Below, piece by piece: positions 1 through 12,869 of a stretch of DNA of 64,000 nt. The stretch comes from Marsupella aquatica (lineage: Eukaryota > Plantae > Marchantiophyta): assembly GCA_973895155.1 (NCBI GenBank), contig OZ316892.1, positions 21,701,619 to 21,765,618 on the forward strand, read 5' to 3'. The notes under the pieces are model-generated. The model had not been told where the DNA came from, ran no database searches, and saw only the letters and a list, made by a program, of their open reading frames with translations. Each line of letters starts with the position of its first letter. The first letter of the stretch is position 1. A program made the position numbers and the translations under genes.

Positions 1-3000
1 TGAGGAGAAGATTCCACTAAAGAGATGGAGGCAGGAACAAGTAATTGCAATGAATGTAGTGATACTTTATCTGAAGCCGCATATCATCAAGAAGTTGGAT
101 GACTACGTGGATTGTGGATCTCTGTTCAAAGCTCTAAGGGAGAAGTACTATTGGGAGGATGCATTAGATCGATTGTACAAGAAGTCTCTCTTAATGAGCT
201 TTAGGCTCAAAGAGGGGAATAAGCTCTAGGATCACTTGGATGAATTTGATAGCCTAGCTGTTGATTTGTCTAATCTTGGTAAGGGCGTTGATGAAGAGGA
301 CAAGGCCTTGCTTCTTCTCAGCTCCTTACCCCCATCTTATCAGGGTTTGAAGCAGGTTCTCTTGTATAGGGACTTGAAGTCTATTTCATACAATGAGGTG
401 GTAAGCTCTTTGCTGTCAGATGATGCACAGAAGAAGTTGGGTCAAGCCCAGACAGCAACGTCATCTGGTGCTGCCTTGAATGTGAATCGTGAGAGGTCAC
501 AGCGACATCCCGAGCAACGCACGAATGACAAGGGACGAAGTAAATCTAGGACAAGATTTGTTTCAAGGGGGAAGTCCCAGGAGAGAAAGCCAATAGTCTG
601 TTGGAAGTGTCACAAGGTTGGTCATGTTAAGAGGGATTGTAAGGGTAAGGCAGCTGAATCTTCATCAGCCAATGTGGCTAGTGCTGATGGAGAAGTTGAT
701 TTACTCAATGATGAGTATGTTTTATGAAGTCAGAAGTATGCCCTATGCACATCATCTAGGAGAACAAATGATGTGTGGATTCTTGATTATGCTTGCTTCT
801 TTCACATTTGTTATATTTGTGAGTATTTCAATTCTTATTTTGTGTCAAACGGTTCAGTTTTGATGAAAAATGATCACTCCTGTCGAGTTGAGGATATTGG
901 GTTTGTAAAGATTCAAATGTTTGATGGCATTGTGCGCACAGTGTCCGGAGTCAGGTTTGTACCTGGCATGCGTAAGAATTTGATTTCACTCGGTGTGTTG
1001 GATATAAATGGTTATCAATGGCGAGTAATTGATGGTGAACTTCAAGTCATGTCGAGAGATACAGTGATTTTGAAGAGGAGCAGACAGAAGAATTTGCATG
1101 TGTTGCAAGGCAATACAGTATGTGGAGAGACCAATGTAATGAAGTCTCACGAGGAAATGACTCAATTGTGGCATTCACGGCTAGGCCACATGAGTGAGAA
1201 GGGTTTGGCTATCTTGCGGAAGAATGGGCTCATTTTTGATTTGCAGTCTTGTAGATTGGATTTCTGTGAGCATTGCATTTTTGGAAAGCACATCGTCGTG
1301 CTTTTGGTGCTAGAACTCATCGTTCCAAAGCGGTTCTTGAGTACATATATAGTGACGTGTGGGGACCATCCCCGACTCCCTCACATTCTGGAAAATTGTA
1401 CTATGTATCATTTATTGACGATTACTCAAGATTTGTATGGATTTATTTCATGACGCATAAGTCTGATGTCTTGTCCATTTTTACAAAGTGGAAGGCTCAA
1501 GCGGAGAATCAAACAGGAAACACTGTTAAGTGTTTGGATACAAGGGTGAAGAGTCTAAGGTCAGACAACGGCGGGGAGTACACTTCAATAGAATTTGAAG
1601 AGTATTGTGCAAAACAGGGGATAACTCGTCATCTCACCATAGTTTATACTCCGCAACATAATGGTGTCGTTGAGAGGCTCAATCGAACACTATTGGAGTG
1701 GTCACAGAGTATGCTGAGCCAATCAGGTTTATCACAAGAATTTTGGGCAGAAGCTATCAATATTGCAGCTTATTTGGTAAATTTTTCTTCTTCTAGTGCA
1801 ATCAATTTCAAAACGCTATTTGAAATGCGTCATAAGCAGCAAGCAGACTATCATGGCTTGGTAGTTTTTGGAAGTGATGCATATGCAATCACACCAAAGC
1901 AGAATAGGACCAAGTTGGATCCTACGTCCAAGAAATATATTTTTCTTGGGTATCAGAGTGGTGTGAAGGCCTACAGGCCATGGGATCCTATTGCCTATAA
2001 GCTCGTCGTCAGTAGGGATGTTTTCTTCAATGAATCCAGATTATTGAAGGAGGGGGAGAATACTCAGGTCTCCTGTACTGACAAAGGAAAATCTCCTATC
2101 CAGGATCTCGTTGAGGGGGAGATTGATCATGAAGTGCATGATCAGAGAGAAGAAGGTGCTCCAAGCATGGAGCTGGTTCCTTTGCCAGAGGAACAAGAGG
2201 AGTTTATTGATGTTGGTGAGCAGCAAGTGGATGTTGCTGAGCTTCAAATCGTACTAGTAGACGCAATTCAACTAGAGTCATCGGCTAGAAGAACATTTGG
2301 TCGTACTGTACGTGCTCCTCCTAGGTATGGAGAGTGGGTTGATTCATCTCAACTGCAAGAGGATGATTTTGTAGCTGATGATGAGGGTGATGCGTTAATT
2401 TTGGAAGAAGGGGAACCTTCTTCATTTCATGAGGCAAGTGCTTCAAAGGAGAAGCAGAAGTGGACTACAGCAATGCAAACAGAGATGCAGTCACTAAAGG
2501 ACAACAAAACTTGGGAGCTTGTTAAGCTACCTAAGGGACAGCAAGTGGATATACAAGCTGAAGGATCAGTCTACGGGAGGTGGATCGAAGGTCTACAAGG
2601 CTAGGTTGGTAGCCAAGGGCTTCACACAGGAAAAAGGTGTGGATTACAATGAGGTCTTCTCACCAGTTGCTAAGTACTCTACAATACGGCTATTGTATGT
2701 AGTTGTAATGTTTGGTCTGCTGCTAGATCAGATGGATGTTGTCACAGCTTTCTTCTATGGCACCTTGGAAAAGGTGATCTTCATGAGACAATCATTAGGT
2801 TTTGTGAAGAGAGGACGGAAGGAATTGGTTTGCAGATTGCTAAAATCCTTGTATGGGTTGAAGTAGTCACCAAGATAGTGGAACAAGCGGTTTGACGATT
2901 GGATTCGGTCACAAGATTTTCACAGGAGTATGTTTGACCCTTGTGTATATTTGAAACCGGTGAAGAATGTTGTCTTTGGGTTCATTATTTTAGTACTTTA

Positions 3001-3985
3001 TATGGATGACATGCTTATTGTGGCCAAGAATAGGTCTGAGATTGTTAAGCTTAAGGCACTGCTCAATGCAGAGTTTAAGATGAAGGACCTAGGGCCAGCT
3101 AAGAGGATTTTGGGTATGGAGATCACTAGGGACTTTGAGCTGATAAGCTATGGTTGACACAGAGCAGAACTTATGCAAGGAAGGTAATTGTTAGGTTCAA
3201 CATGGGGGATAGTAAGCCAGTAAGTACCCCTTTGGCTGCACACTTCAAATTGTCATCAACTTTTTGTCCCACAGATGCGACAGAGAAGGGGCAGATGTCA
3301 AAGGTTCCTTACGATAAGGCAATGGGAAGTCTCATGTATTTGATGACTTGCACTAGACCTGATCTTGCCATGGCTATGGGCAAGGTAAGCAGGTACATGT
3401 CGAATCCAGGGAAGGTACACTGGGAAGCAGTGAAGTGGATTATCAGGTACTTGAAGGGTACCGTGGATCATGGTCTTTTATTTGATGCAAATGCAAAGAA
3501 TGCGAGATCATTGATCATTGGCTATGTAGATTCTGACTATGGACAAGATCTGGACCGAAGGAGATCAACAACAGGGTACGTGTTCACACTTGGCGGTGGA
3601 TGCATAAGTTGGAGGTCTACTTTGCAGAAGTGTATTGCTTAGTCTACTACAGAAGCGGAGTATGTTGCAGTAGCGAAAAGCAGCAAAGGAAGCGATTTGG
3701 TTGGATAGACTTATCACTGAAATGGGATTGCAACATGGGAATGTGAAGCTCCATTGTGATAGTCAAAGTGCGCTCCACCTTGCTGTGAACCATGTGAATG
3801 GACAGTAGAGTGAAGCACATAGATGTTAGATACCATTTTATCAGGCAGGCTGTGTCTGATAATTTGTTTGAGCTAGTCAAGATAGACGGTAAACTCAACC
3901 CAGCTGACGCACTTCCAAAGTGATTCCTTTGGAAAGTTTCTCTAGACATCGTGACGTGCTGCAGGTTTTGCAATTGCGTCACAAG
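1..3985 (+). pseudogene. Disrupted gag-pol polyprotein of the copia element
   Basis: ORF pieces 236-727, 773-1453, 1273-2604, 2519-2866, 2930-3157 and 3154-3642. In-frame TAG at 227-229, 2864-2866, 2876-2878 and 3640-3642, TGA at 725-727, plus frameshifts. End coordinate approximate. Confidence 0.93.
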
Positions 3986-4169
3986 TAAGGGTTTTTCTTA
4001 ACATTTGCTATGATTACTGATATATGCTCTTCTTCACTCCTAGTAATAGGCTACAGCTTAGTTCCGGTTTGCTCTAGTTAGAGAGGGGAAACCATGTTGG
4101 TTTTCGTCCAGAACTTCCCGCTGAGGAATCATATAGGTTAGCAGTATTACCCTCCCCTAGACCAGAGTC

Positions 4170-4180
4170 AAGGGGGAGAT
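4170..4180 (+). other. Polypurine tract (PPT)
   Basis: AAGGGGGAGAT immediately 5' of the LTR start TGTT, the typical copia arrangement. Confidence 0.9.
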
Positions 4181-4523
4181 TGTTAGGTATTTACTCAAGG
4201 TCTAGGGTTACGACATGTAACCATAGTTAGACTAATCGTAGTCGGAGACGTGGTTAGGTTAACTAGGATGCACACTATATGCCAAGCGGTGTTTGCTTGG
4301 ATAAGTGGAACTTAGGCTCATTGTTATGAAGCCACTTGAGAGATGAGAAGAGCTTACACTGTGAAGACTTGGTATGGCCGACGGGCTTAGAGTTCAGTAA
4401 AGCTCTCTTGTGTGTTCCCATGAACGTAGCCTCGAGGAGGTGAACCACGTATCTCTTGTGCCGACTACTTGCGCGTTGGATGTGTCATGTGCTTACCGTT
4501 ACGAGTGTTGTCTATGCTCAACA
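4181..4523 (+). mobile_element. 3' LTR (343 bp), TGTT...AACA
   Basis: Starts tgttaggtatt after the PPT and ends gtctatgctcaaca. Both ends are corroborated by the related inverted copy at 39131-39475. Confidence 0.88.
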
Positions 4524-7041
4524 TATGCTTGGTAACCCATGGCCTGTTCAGGGGGCATGACCTCCTCAGGCTTACTCCCCTAGGCATAACATCTGGCCCA
4601 AACTTGACATAATTAATCATGTTACAGGCTCCTGTAATGCCCCTTGGAGAGTCCTGTAACTCCCTTATAGCATGTTTTAAGCATAAATGGGTATCCCATC
4701 CATTCAAATGCATCATCTGTCCACTCAAGCCAATGGTCAGTTCACTAATGAGATAGCATTCTAGCATGTTTATCTTGGAACATGCCTCTTTTTTTTTGTC
4801 TTGTAGTGATCATTTATTTTTGATAAAAGAAGAGAATAGATGTAAACTACATGCCAAGAAAATAATATCTAATTAGGAGTGAATGAGATAATACACAAAA
4901 TCATAAGTATACATGCAAAGAAAAGCACATAATGACTAGAAAAGTACAAAGGTGCTAAAGAGTTGTGCATATAAGGTACATATTTTCACTTGCTTCTAGG
5001 TAATGACTCTCAGCTCAATTAAAACCATAAATTTTGTAAAAAACCCATTAGGGGAACTTAGTACACCATATGTGCACATTGTTTAAAATCATTTCTCTCA
5101 CTTTCACAATAAAAGATAGAATTCACTAAGGAGTGACTGAAAAGGAAAGATAATCATTTACGATGGGTCCAAAAGTTCATTCAAAACCTAATTATACAAA
5201 TGATTCACCTTGGTAAGGCACATTAAAATCAAAATACTGGACACAAAATTTGAGTAAGACAAAATATGAAAGTTGGATTCACCATATAGCAGTGTCATCC
5301 CCTTGATGATACACCCTCATCCAATTCAAAACATTCCATAGATTGCAAATTTTGGACTTAGTTTAGACATTCCATGTTGGTAACATGCCATACAACTTCA
5401 AGGTTTTCTTCACTTGTGTCACAAAGAATCTGAATGAAGAGCAGAATTTCACACAAAGATTCAACTACCTCACAATTCACACTTACAAACCGGTCTGCCC
5501 TTTGCTCTCCTCAAAAACAGTTACTTGCCTACACTCTCAGCTTAGTCCGTCCTTCAACTCCCTTAGAAGGTTTCCACTGCAAAACACTTCGGACTTATTA
5601 AAACCAGTGCTTTCAGACTTTCAGACTTCACAAAATTCACCTTGATTCTCTAAGCCATTATCTGTTGCTCTGCTGCAAAACAAGGTCCGGCCACACCCAG
5701 CCCCTGTGGAAGCAATTATTGCCTCACCAGCCACCTCCAGTTCTCTTTGCTCAGATTGATCCTACATTTCACTCCAATTATAAAATGGGCTCTTTCTCTA
5801 CTAGGTACAAATTGAGGTGCTTTTGGTGAGCTTAGATCTTGGGTGTTGGTTAGGGTTTCCCCTTCACACTAAGGGCACCCACTTTTGTGCCTGCAGGCTG
5901 AAGAAAATTGTTGTGCATGTTTGGTGCTAGGATTGTGAGACACCTTGTGGATGTCTGTTTAGACAGTTGCATGGCATACCGCCCTCAAAAGCTCATCAAA
6001 GCCCCAAAGGACTTGAGAGAAGTGTCCCTTCAACATGTGTTGGAAGAGATGTTTTTGGGCAGTGGCAAGACATGACCTTGGCACAATTAATGTCCTTTCC
6101 AAGTAACAGTGTTGTTTTTCTGCTTCTTTGTTTCTTTGAGGCTGTTCAAAGATAGACAACCCAACTACTGTACTTTACTAGACAGATGGAGGAAAATCTC
6201 TTTGTGTTCTCAACAAAATGAATAAACTTTGGACCACAAGGTATGAAGTTCATTCTCCCTCCATGTAAGTGTCTGGGTCGAGGGTACAGAGTGGGGAGTA
6301 TGTGTCATCTTCCAGTTGTTGGTTAAGGTGACTTCTGTCAATCCTAGGATGGTGTACATGTTTGGCACATTATTCTCTTTGAGGTCATTCTTATTTTCGT
6401 TTACTAAGTGGTCCTCAGAAGGTCCACTTTCCAGTATGCTTTAGTCTACTAGGCAAGGTGATTTTTGGTACGTTTTTTAATACCTCGTTTGCTGTCCTTG
6501 TAAACCAAGCATTTATTGGAACCAAAATCAACATCTCCCCTTAAGAATTGTCTCCATACGACAGGACTCAATTTTGATTTTGTCCTGAGATTTTGATTGA
6601 CACCACTTTCACCTTTCCACGACAGTCAACCATATTCAAGTGAAGTTATTCAAGCGTGAGATGTCTAACATTCATGATTCTGCCCTCGTTAATCCAACTT
6701 CCACGAAGATAATATCCAAAGGTGCCGCAAAACTGAGATGGCTTCAAGTACAGAGTCTCCTGTACATGGGCTTCCTTACCTATCTACACACAAGTGGCTC
6801 CCTTACATATCGAACTAAAAGGGTTATCAACCATCAGGAGTTGGAGGTGACTAGAGATAAGTCAGATGCAGAGTCAGAGTATCTCAAGGAAGCCATTAAA
6901 ATATTTTTTTTGCTTGCCTCCACTGACCCCTGTTTCTTCTGACTGAATTGTTTCTTATCACTAAAACTGCCACATCAAACTCTGAGGTGTTGATGCAGCT
7001 TCCACTTTGGAGTTGAGCAGAAGTTGCATCAACTCAGCCCC

Positions 7042-10037
7042 TCACACTTTCCAATTGGGCTGCAAGCTGGCCGGGCATGACTGGGCACACCTCCACCAGC
7101 ACTTTATCAGGTTAACGAGCCCTGTGTCCCTCGGGTTTGCAATGTCATTTTCCCGCCGCTCCATTGCATGCAGGAATTCCTCACTGCTGAGGTAACCGTC
7201 TTGATTGGCGTCAAAAACTAGAAAAACTATCTCCACCACATTATCGCTGAGGGGGATGTTACAAATCTACATACATAACATTGCAAGATCAATGGGATTC
7301 ACAGTAGTCTTCACACCAAATGATCCAAAGCAAGGATTCTTCAAAGCAACGCAGTATCAAAGATTGGTTTGATGTCTCTACTTATTCACTTTTTACTAGA
7401 GAGAAAACACAGCTTCATTCATCTATTTGGCCGGATAGAACCCACAAGCGTTACTCATGGAACTCATCATGTAAGCAAAACCACGTCGTCCTGTACCTGG
7501 GAAGCAGCTCTCTGAAAGTCTGCCTTGTTCATTACACCGTAACTAGACATTGCTAGAGTAAGTTTTCGCAGTTTTTTGCGGAGATCTGCAAATCGATGAA
7601 ACTCCTGAAGCACGCAGGCTTATGACGGATGAGATCACTGTAATTCAATCCATTTGAACACTTACAAACTGTTCCTCATCAGTGCTGGATTATACTAGAG
7701 AATAAAATCAAACAAGAAATACAAGTTGATAAAACCACCAGTTGTCCCGAACAGGTTAGGTTTAGCAGCAGAGAGGAAATCACAAATCAGGATACCTCTG
7801 GATTAATTCGCAAATCCTTGTACTCAGGATTCGTTAGAAGTGGTTTAGCTCTGTTCAAGTACTCATTCAACAGGTCCATATCGGCAGAAGCAATCATGGA
7901 GAGGGCAAAATCATATGCAGATATTGTCCCTGTCCGCTTGAAGTCATAGTGCGCAAACTCCAACCTTAAAATCTGCATTGCAGGGCCGTAATTCGATTCA
8001 GGGTGGAACACACAAATACTTCAAATGAACGATAGATTCAGCCGAGGATACTCATTCATAAACCGAGTTAGATAAACGTAGATAACGTAAATGTGGTTTC
8101 CTGACATCAAAAAGGTTTGAACCTCCTCATGTAGTTGCCGCAAAAACTTTTCAAATTCCTCATGAGGTAATTGCTTTTGCCCATCCTTTCCAAAAAAGAG
8201 CTCCATGAGGCCACCATTGTCGATCGAACTGGACACTTTGAGAGCAGAATAAAGTGTCTTCTGATGAGCCAAGCCTTGCCGAGTTCTTTCTCGAAATCTC
8301 CTCATCACCTCCTTGAATTCTTCTCTATCTATGAGGCTGAAAGAGATCACAAAATGAGGTTTGAGAAGGTTGGACAAACAGACCATGCACTTAGCAGAGG
8401 TTCGAACCATGCAATTTATGGTCCACTTAGGTCTAGCTTGTAAGCAATAAAATAGTGGAGGAGATGATATACAACCGTGGCCGTAAATCAGTACCGAGTA
8501 CTTGAACCGAGCCAGAACACTCTTGTAACTACACCACTGCAAGGTCTGGTCGGTGGTACATTACCCATTGCCATCGAGATCAAACATCTTGAACGCCGCT
8601 CTGAATTCTTTCTCTGGGATGCTTAGTAGGGTCTGGAATAAAATGTATCTGTACAACCACCATCAATTATGTGAGATCAAAGGAGTTAGCGTTACCAGGG
8701 TCACCCTAGCTACTAGGTGAGGGACAATAAAACGCTTCTCTGCGAAGCAAACACTACAGTGTAAAATTCGCTTACAGGAGGCCCCGGTCAAATTGAAAAA
8801 ATTCCTCATTGATGCTCTAGTCAGAGCACATTTCTTACTCTGGAAAGGAAATGAGTCCATCATTGTTTGTGTCAAACAACATGAAGAACTCTGATGGTGC
8901 ACATGACAGTTCTCCAGGGGAACGTTCTCCTTGCAGTTGTCCCTCCCTGATTATTGTTGATTCAGTAGGTGGAAAGACAGGGACCACTGCACGCATTAAG
9001 TCAGGTGGAGTCATATATGGCTGCCCCTCCAAGTCTGTTTGTGATGCAAAATAAGCGAAGACCTGCACGTATGCAAGGAAACCCTCGTTTCATAATTTGT
9101 CATGAAACTGCTTTGCAAACTAGATCAGACAACTGCTTTAAATGTGTCCTAAAATTGACCAAAACCTTCAAAGTTCCAAATTGCTCAAAGAACGATGGGC
9201 AACAAATCATCATGACCCCAAGCTATGCAGACAGCTTTGCTCAAAGAACGATGGGCAACAAATAATCATGACCCCAAGCTATGCAGACAGCTTATAAAGA
9301 AACTGGACAGGAATTTTCCAATGCCAAGGAGTGCTTTTTTCTGCACCTTTTCAGGACGGCTACGCAAGCGTATTCTGCGTTCGTAATTGAAAAAGATCTG
9401 TCGCCGATAAGAGTCTGCAGGCAGAGTCATTTTCATCAACGGACTGTTCTAATACAAGAATGTCAATGTCAATGTCAATGTCACTAATTACCGCATCTCT
9501 CATTTACAAGTACTGTCCTGGTTCAAGACGCATATCATGAATCATAATTTTCTCAGCACTTTATATCATTGATGGATCATAGGAGTTGTCTACTCTCGAC
9601 ACGAGAGGAAACAACGGACAAAGTCAGAGTAAGGAAAAGAAATCGAAAACTGGAACAAAGAATAACCAACAAGCCAGTAGATTATAGGCCTTGTCGACTG
9701 CTACTGGCGATCCTTTGATATCTTCTGACACTGCATTCTGCAGCTGAGTTCCATCACAACGAACGGAATTCTCGGAAAGAGGTGTGAGGCCGAGCACTGC
9801 AAGACTCACACTACCGAAAACCCCAAGAGCAATGTTCACACTCCTCGTATGCTCTGCCCTTTCCTTGTTTTCCAACACTGTTGTTGGTGCCCATCTGTAA
9901 TGGCTGCTACGTTGAACCAGCGTTGCAGCTGATGCACCACTCGTGAATTCTTGAATAGAGACAATGTTCAAAATGGAGGGTGATATACGCAGCCGACGTG
10001 AATTCTTAGCTACTCCAGCAAGTGCCGACGTTGCCAT
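7042..10037 (-). CDS. MICU: Mitochondrial calcium uptake protein (MICU, EF-hand regulator of the MCU uniporter), ~488 aa, 8 exons
   Basis: Exons 10037-9671, 9414-9347, 9062-8839, 8648-8565, 8336-8123, 7972-7796, 7604-7497 and 7266-7042, all GT-AG and in frame. Motifs SYRRQIFFNYERRIRLRSRPEKVFAYFAS and PPDLMRAVVPVFPP. EF-hands DTNNDGLISFPE, DLDGNGLIDREE and DANQDGYLSSEE. Ala/Arg/Ser-rich, presequence-like N-terminus. Confidence 0.93.
9181..9292. repeat. 56-bp tandem duplication in MICU intron 2
   Basis: ttgctcaaagaacgatgggcaacaaat(c/a)atcatgaccccaagctatgcagacagct x2. Confidence 0.9.
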
Positions 10038-12805
10038 AAGTCCAAAACTCTTCTGGCTCGTTAGACAATCGTAGGCGGCAGATGATGACGTCTCGTCTTC
10101 AGGCCCGGCAATATTCCGAGAAATGCCTTAACTGGGGATCTTGTAAAGCGCCAAGTCTCTCAAGAGTACAGTTGGTTCTCCAGCGCAATCGAAGAATCTC
10201 ATTGTGAATCCCCAGTACTGTTGGCCACGAGGTCATACGTCAGGAGTCCTCGGTTGGAGCGCTATCCAAGGAGCGTCTGATCCGCAAATGAGTGACAACT
10301 GAAATAAACCCACAAGCCACAAACATCGCAAGCCTCCAAGTGCTTTCGCAAGCAGGAATCCCGCCTGAAAATCTGTTCCTGAAGTCCCTTGCTTTCTCTT
10401 CTCCTTAGAAGACGGATTGATTTACGATGATCATGCGGTGACCGAGTCCAGACTCATGCTGGAAGAGGGACTTAAATTACTTGGGCCCCACACGCACGAC
10501 CGGGTTTCCCCTCTTCTTATCAACACTGGCACCCAATTCTGATCGAGTAGAGCTCACACAAAACATCCAGAGCCCAAGGGCCTGGACAATCCAGACCAAA
10601 CCAAACGTTCGTTGAACGACAATATGCCGCCGGCAGCACTTCAATCTGACCAGGATGTGATCCGGAGAAGAAAGCACACGACGAACTGTGGGAAATACTC
10701 CTGACTATCACGCCGCTGGAAGCCTATGACAAAATTACAGGACACGACGGAGACATGTCAGCCCAGCTCTTGTCGACCAGAACAGCAAGCCACCCAACCC
10801 CGAGAAAAGCTGAAGGAGGAAAACTGGATCCACAGAGAAGAGCCACTGCTGCAAAATCTTAAGTCCTTGTCCAATAGTACTGCGCCAGCATCGAATGCAC
10901 AGATTTTATGCATTTGAAATTCTAACTTTCTTGCCCTTCACGTTCCTTGGGAGCGAACGATATCTCTCAGAACGGCCTTGCTAAACAAACGATGAAGATC
11001 CAGGCGAGAGCAGCGAAGAGAAGGAGAGGACAGCAATGAATTTGGAAATTCAAACGCGGACACCAAAAGCAAAATAAAAAACAAGATAATAAATATTGCC
11101 CAGATGGAGTAATTCCCCCACCGAACTTACATGCAGAGCCCTCTACCCAACTCACCCTTGCCTCTCTGCCTTGCCACTCCTCTCCACCATGTAAATGGCA
11201 CTCCAGGCAGTCTCAACGCGGATCCATGGACGGAGCTCCCGAGGTGGTACAGGACAGAGACGATACCAATTCCACTAACTGTTCTAGACAACGGCACGGA
11301 GAGCGGTAGAGCGAAGATGACTCAATTGAATCGAAGGGGCAGGGGGTTGGGGCAGGGATAACAGGCTTAAGAGTCTGCCACAAACAAGTCCTATGGTGTC
11401 CCAATAGACGACGTGGCTGGTTCGCTCCTTGTTTGTACCTGTATTTCACGGGACTGCATTGCCAAGATACAAGGGTTTCCGGGAACTGATCAATCAGTCT
11501 GCCTGACCCTTCTGCCGACAATTGCGGCACTCTTCAAGATGAAAATTATTTGAAAAAAATTGAATGCGCGTCTGATGACATGAAGTGTTGCATAAGGAAG
11601 TGCAACGCATCTGGTGAATCATCCATTCTAAACATAGTACAGGAGTCAGGAGCCTCTTCCCTTGCAGAGATCTCTGCCTGTTATGGCTATCTGTCAGGTA
11701 TTAAAATCAGATTCGCAATTGACGTATTTCAGATTTTGAATACGGTATAGGATTCCGTTCTTGACTGCATCTTCTCCCGCATGAAAACTAGAAGTTCTTG
11801 ATGATTGAAGATGAGGAGTTCCATCTACACATACCAGGCTTGGGTTGGTTTGGTCTCCATCAGAAAACACAAGTGATCTACAGTTGCAGATGATGATTGT
11901 GATGACGAGATAGGAGTGTCCCCAGATCTATCTGCATTGCACTGTGGACGTGTGGAACGTTTTTTAAACTAGAAGATAAAGGTGATAATGATTCCTTGCG
12001 GTCTCTATTCGTTGCGAGTCGATCGCACTAGCTTCATCCTTCGTGCTTTCGCCAGAAGCTAAGGAGCCCTCCCTTCTCTGCAGGTGGAAGGTACTACAAT
12101 GAGGACCAGATTTCGACTTTCCCAAAATCCTCGACCATGACATGAAATGCATCACACTCTAACGAAAGGAATCCCTATAAATTAATAGAGCTCAGGTGAG
12201 GGGTTCTATATTTTGAGTTCAAGAGAGCATCGAAGAATCTAAAGACCAGGGCCCTCATTCGTTGCTTTCCATGGGTAACACCCATGCAGGCAAAGGCTTC
12301 GTATATGGATCGGAGTCCATAGTCAGGACTCAGGATCGGAGTCCATAGTGGGATTTTACGTAGTTTTATCTTGTTTACAGTGGCATCTTGTTAGACATCC
12401 TCTAGTATATCCAAGGTCAAATCACATTTGTCCACCATGAGTAAGGGTGTCCGACAGGTCCCGTGACAGTGCCGTGACACAAGACAATCTCTCCCGCTAA
12501 CGAACCCAACAGAGTGATGGTGGAAAATTTCGTCCACATTGAGATTATGGTTAGGGAAGGTCTTCATGGCAACTAACCCAAGAATATGAAAAGCCGCTAC
12601 AGTTGGTTCATTACTTGTGCATATCTATCGTCATGGACTTTTGTGATACTTATCCGAAGGTTTTCAAGTCCATCATAATTACACTCCAACGGATCGTACT
12701 GGTGTTAATCATGAACACCTGCTATCGCACGGAGCAGTTACAATCATGCCCATACGCTTACATGATGGCGCACGATACAATGCTTACACGTTCATGACAA
12801 TGAAA

Positions 12806-12869
12806 AGGAGCCAAAGAGAAAACTCAGGAGCCAACGAGAAAACTCAGGAGCCAATGAGAATCTCAGGAG
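12806..12869. repeat. ~20-bp minisatellite x3
   Basis: aggagccaa(a/c/t)gagaaaactc units. Confidence 0.85.

Larger units (their letters stand above)
1..4523 (+). mobile_element. Degenerate Ty1/copia LTR retrotransposon (5' end outside window)
   Basis: Copia domain order. Gag with zinc knuckle CWKCHKVGHVKRDC. Protease-like WILDYACFFH (D-S-G altered). Integrase HHCC (WHSRLGH...CEHC) and core (SDVWGP, LRSDNGGEY, NGVVERLNRTL). RT (YKARLVAKGFTQEKGVDYNEVFSPV, LYMDDML) and RNase H (GYVDSD, STTEAEY). Several premature stops and frameshifts. PPT followed by a 3' LTR. Confidence 0.97.

Noticed and set aside
5900-6480. Long stop-interrupted frames on both strands
   Set aside because: No recognisable protein family; could be a TE relic but cannot be supported.
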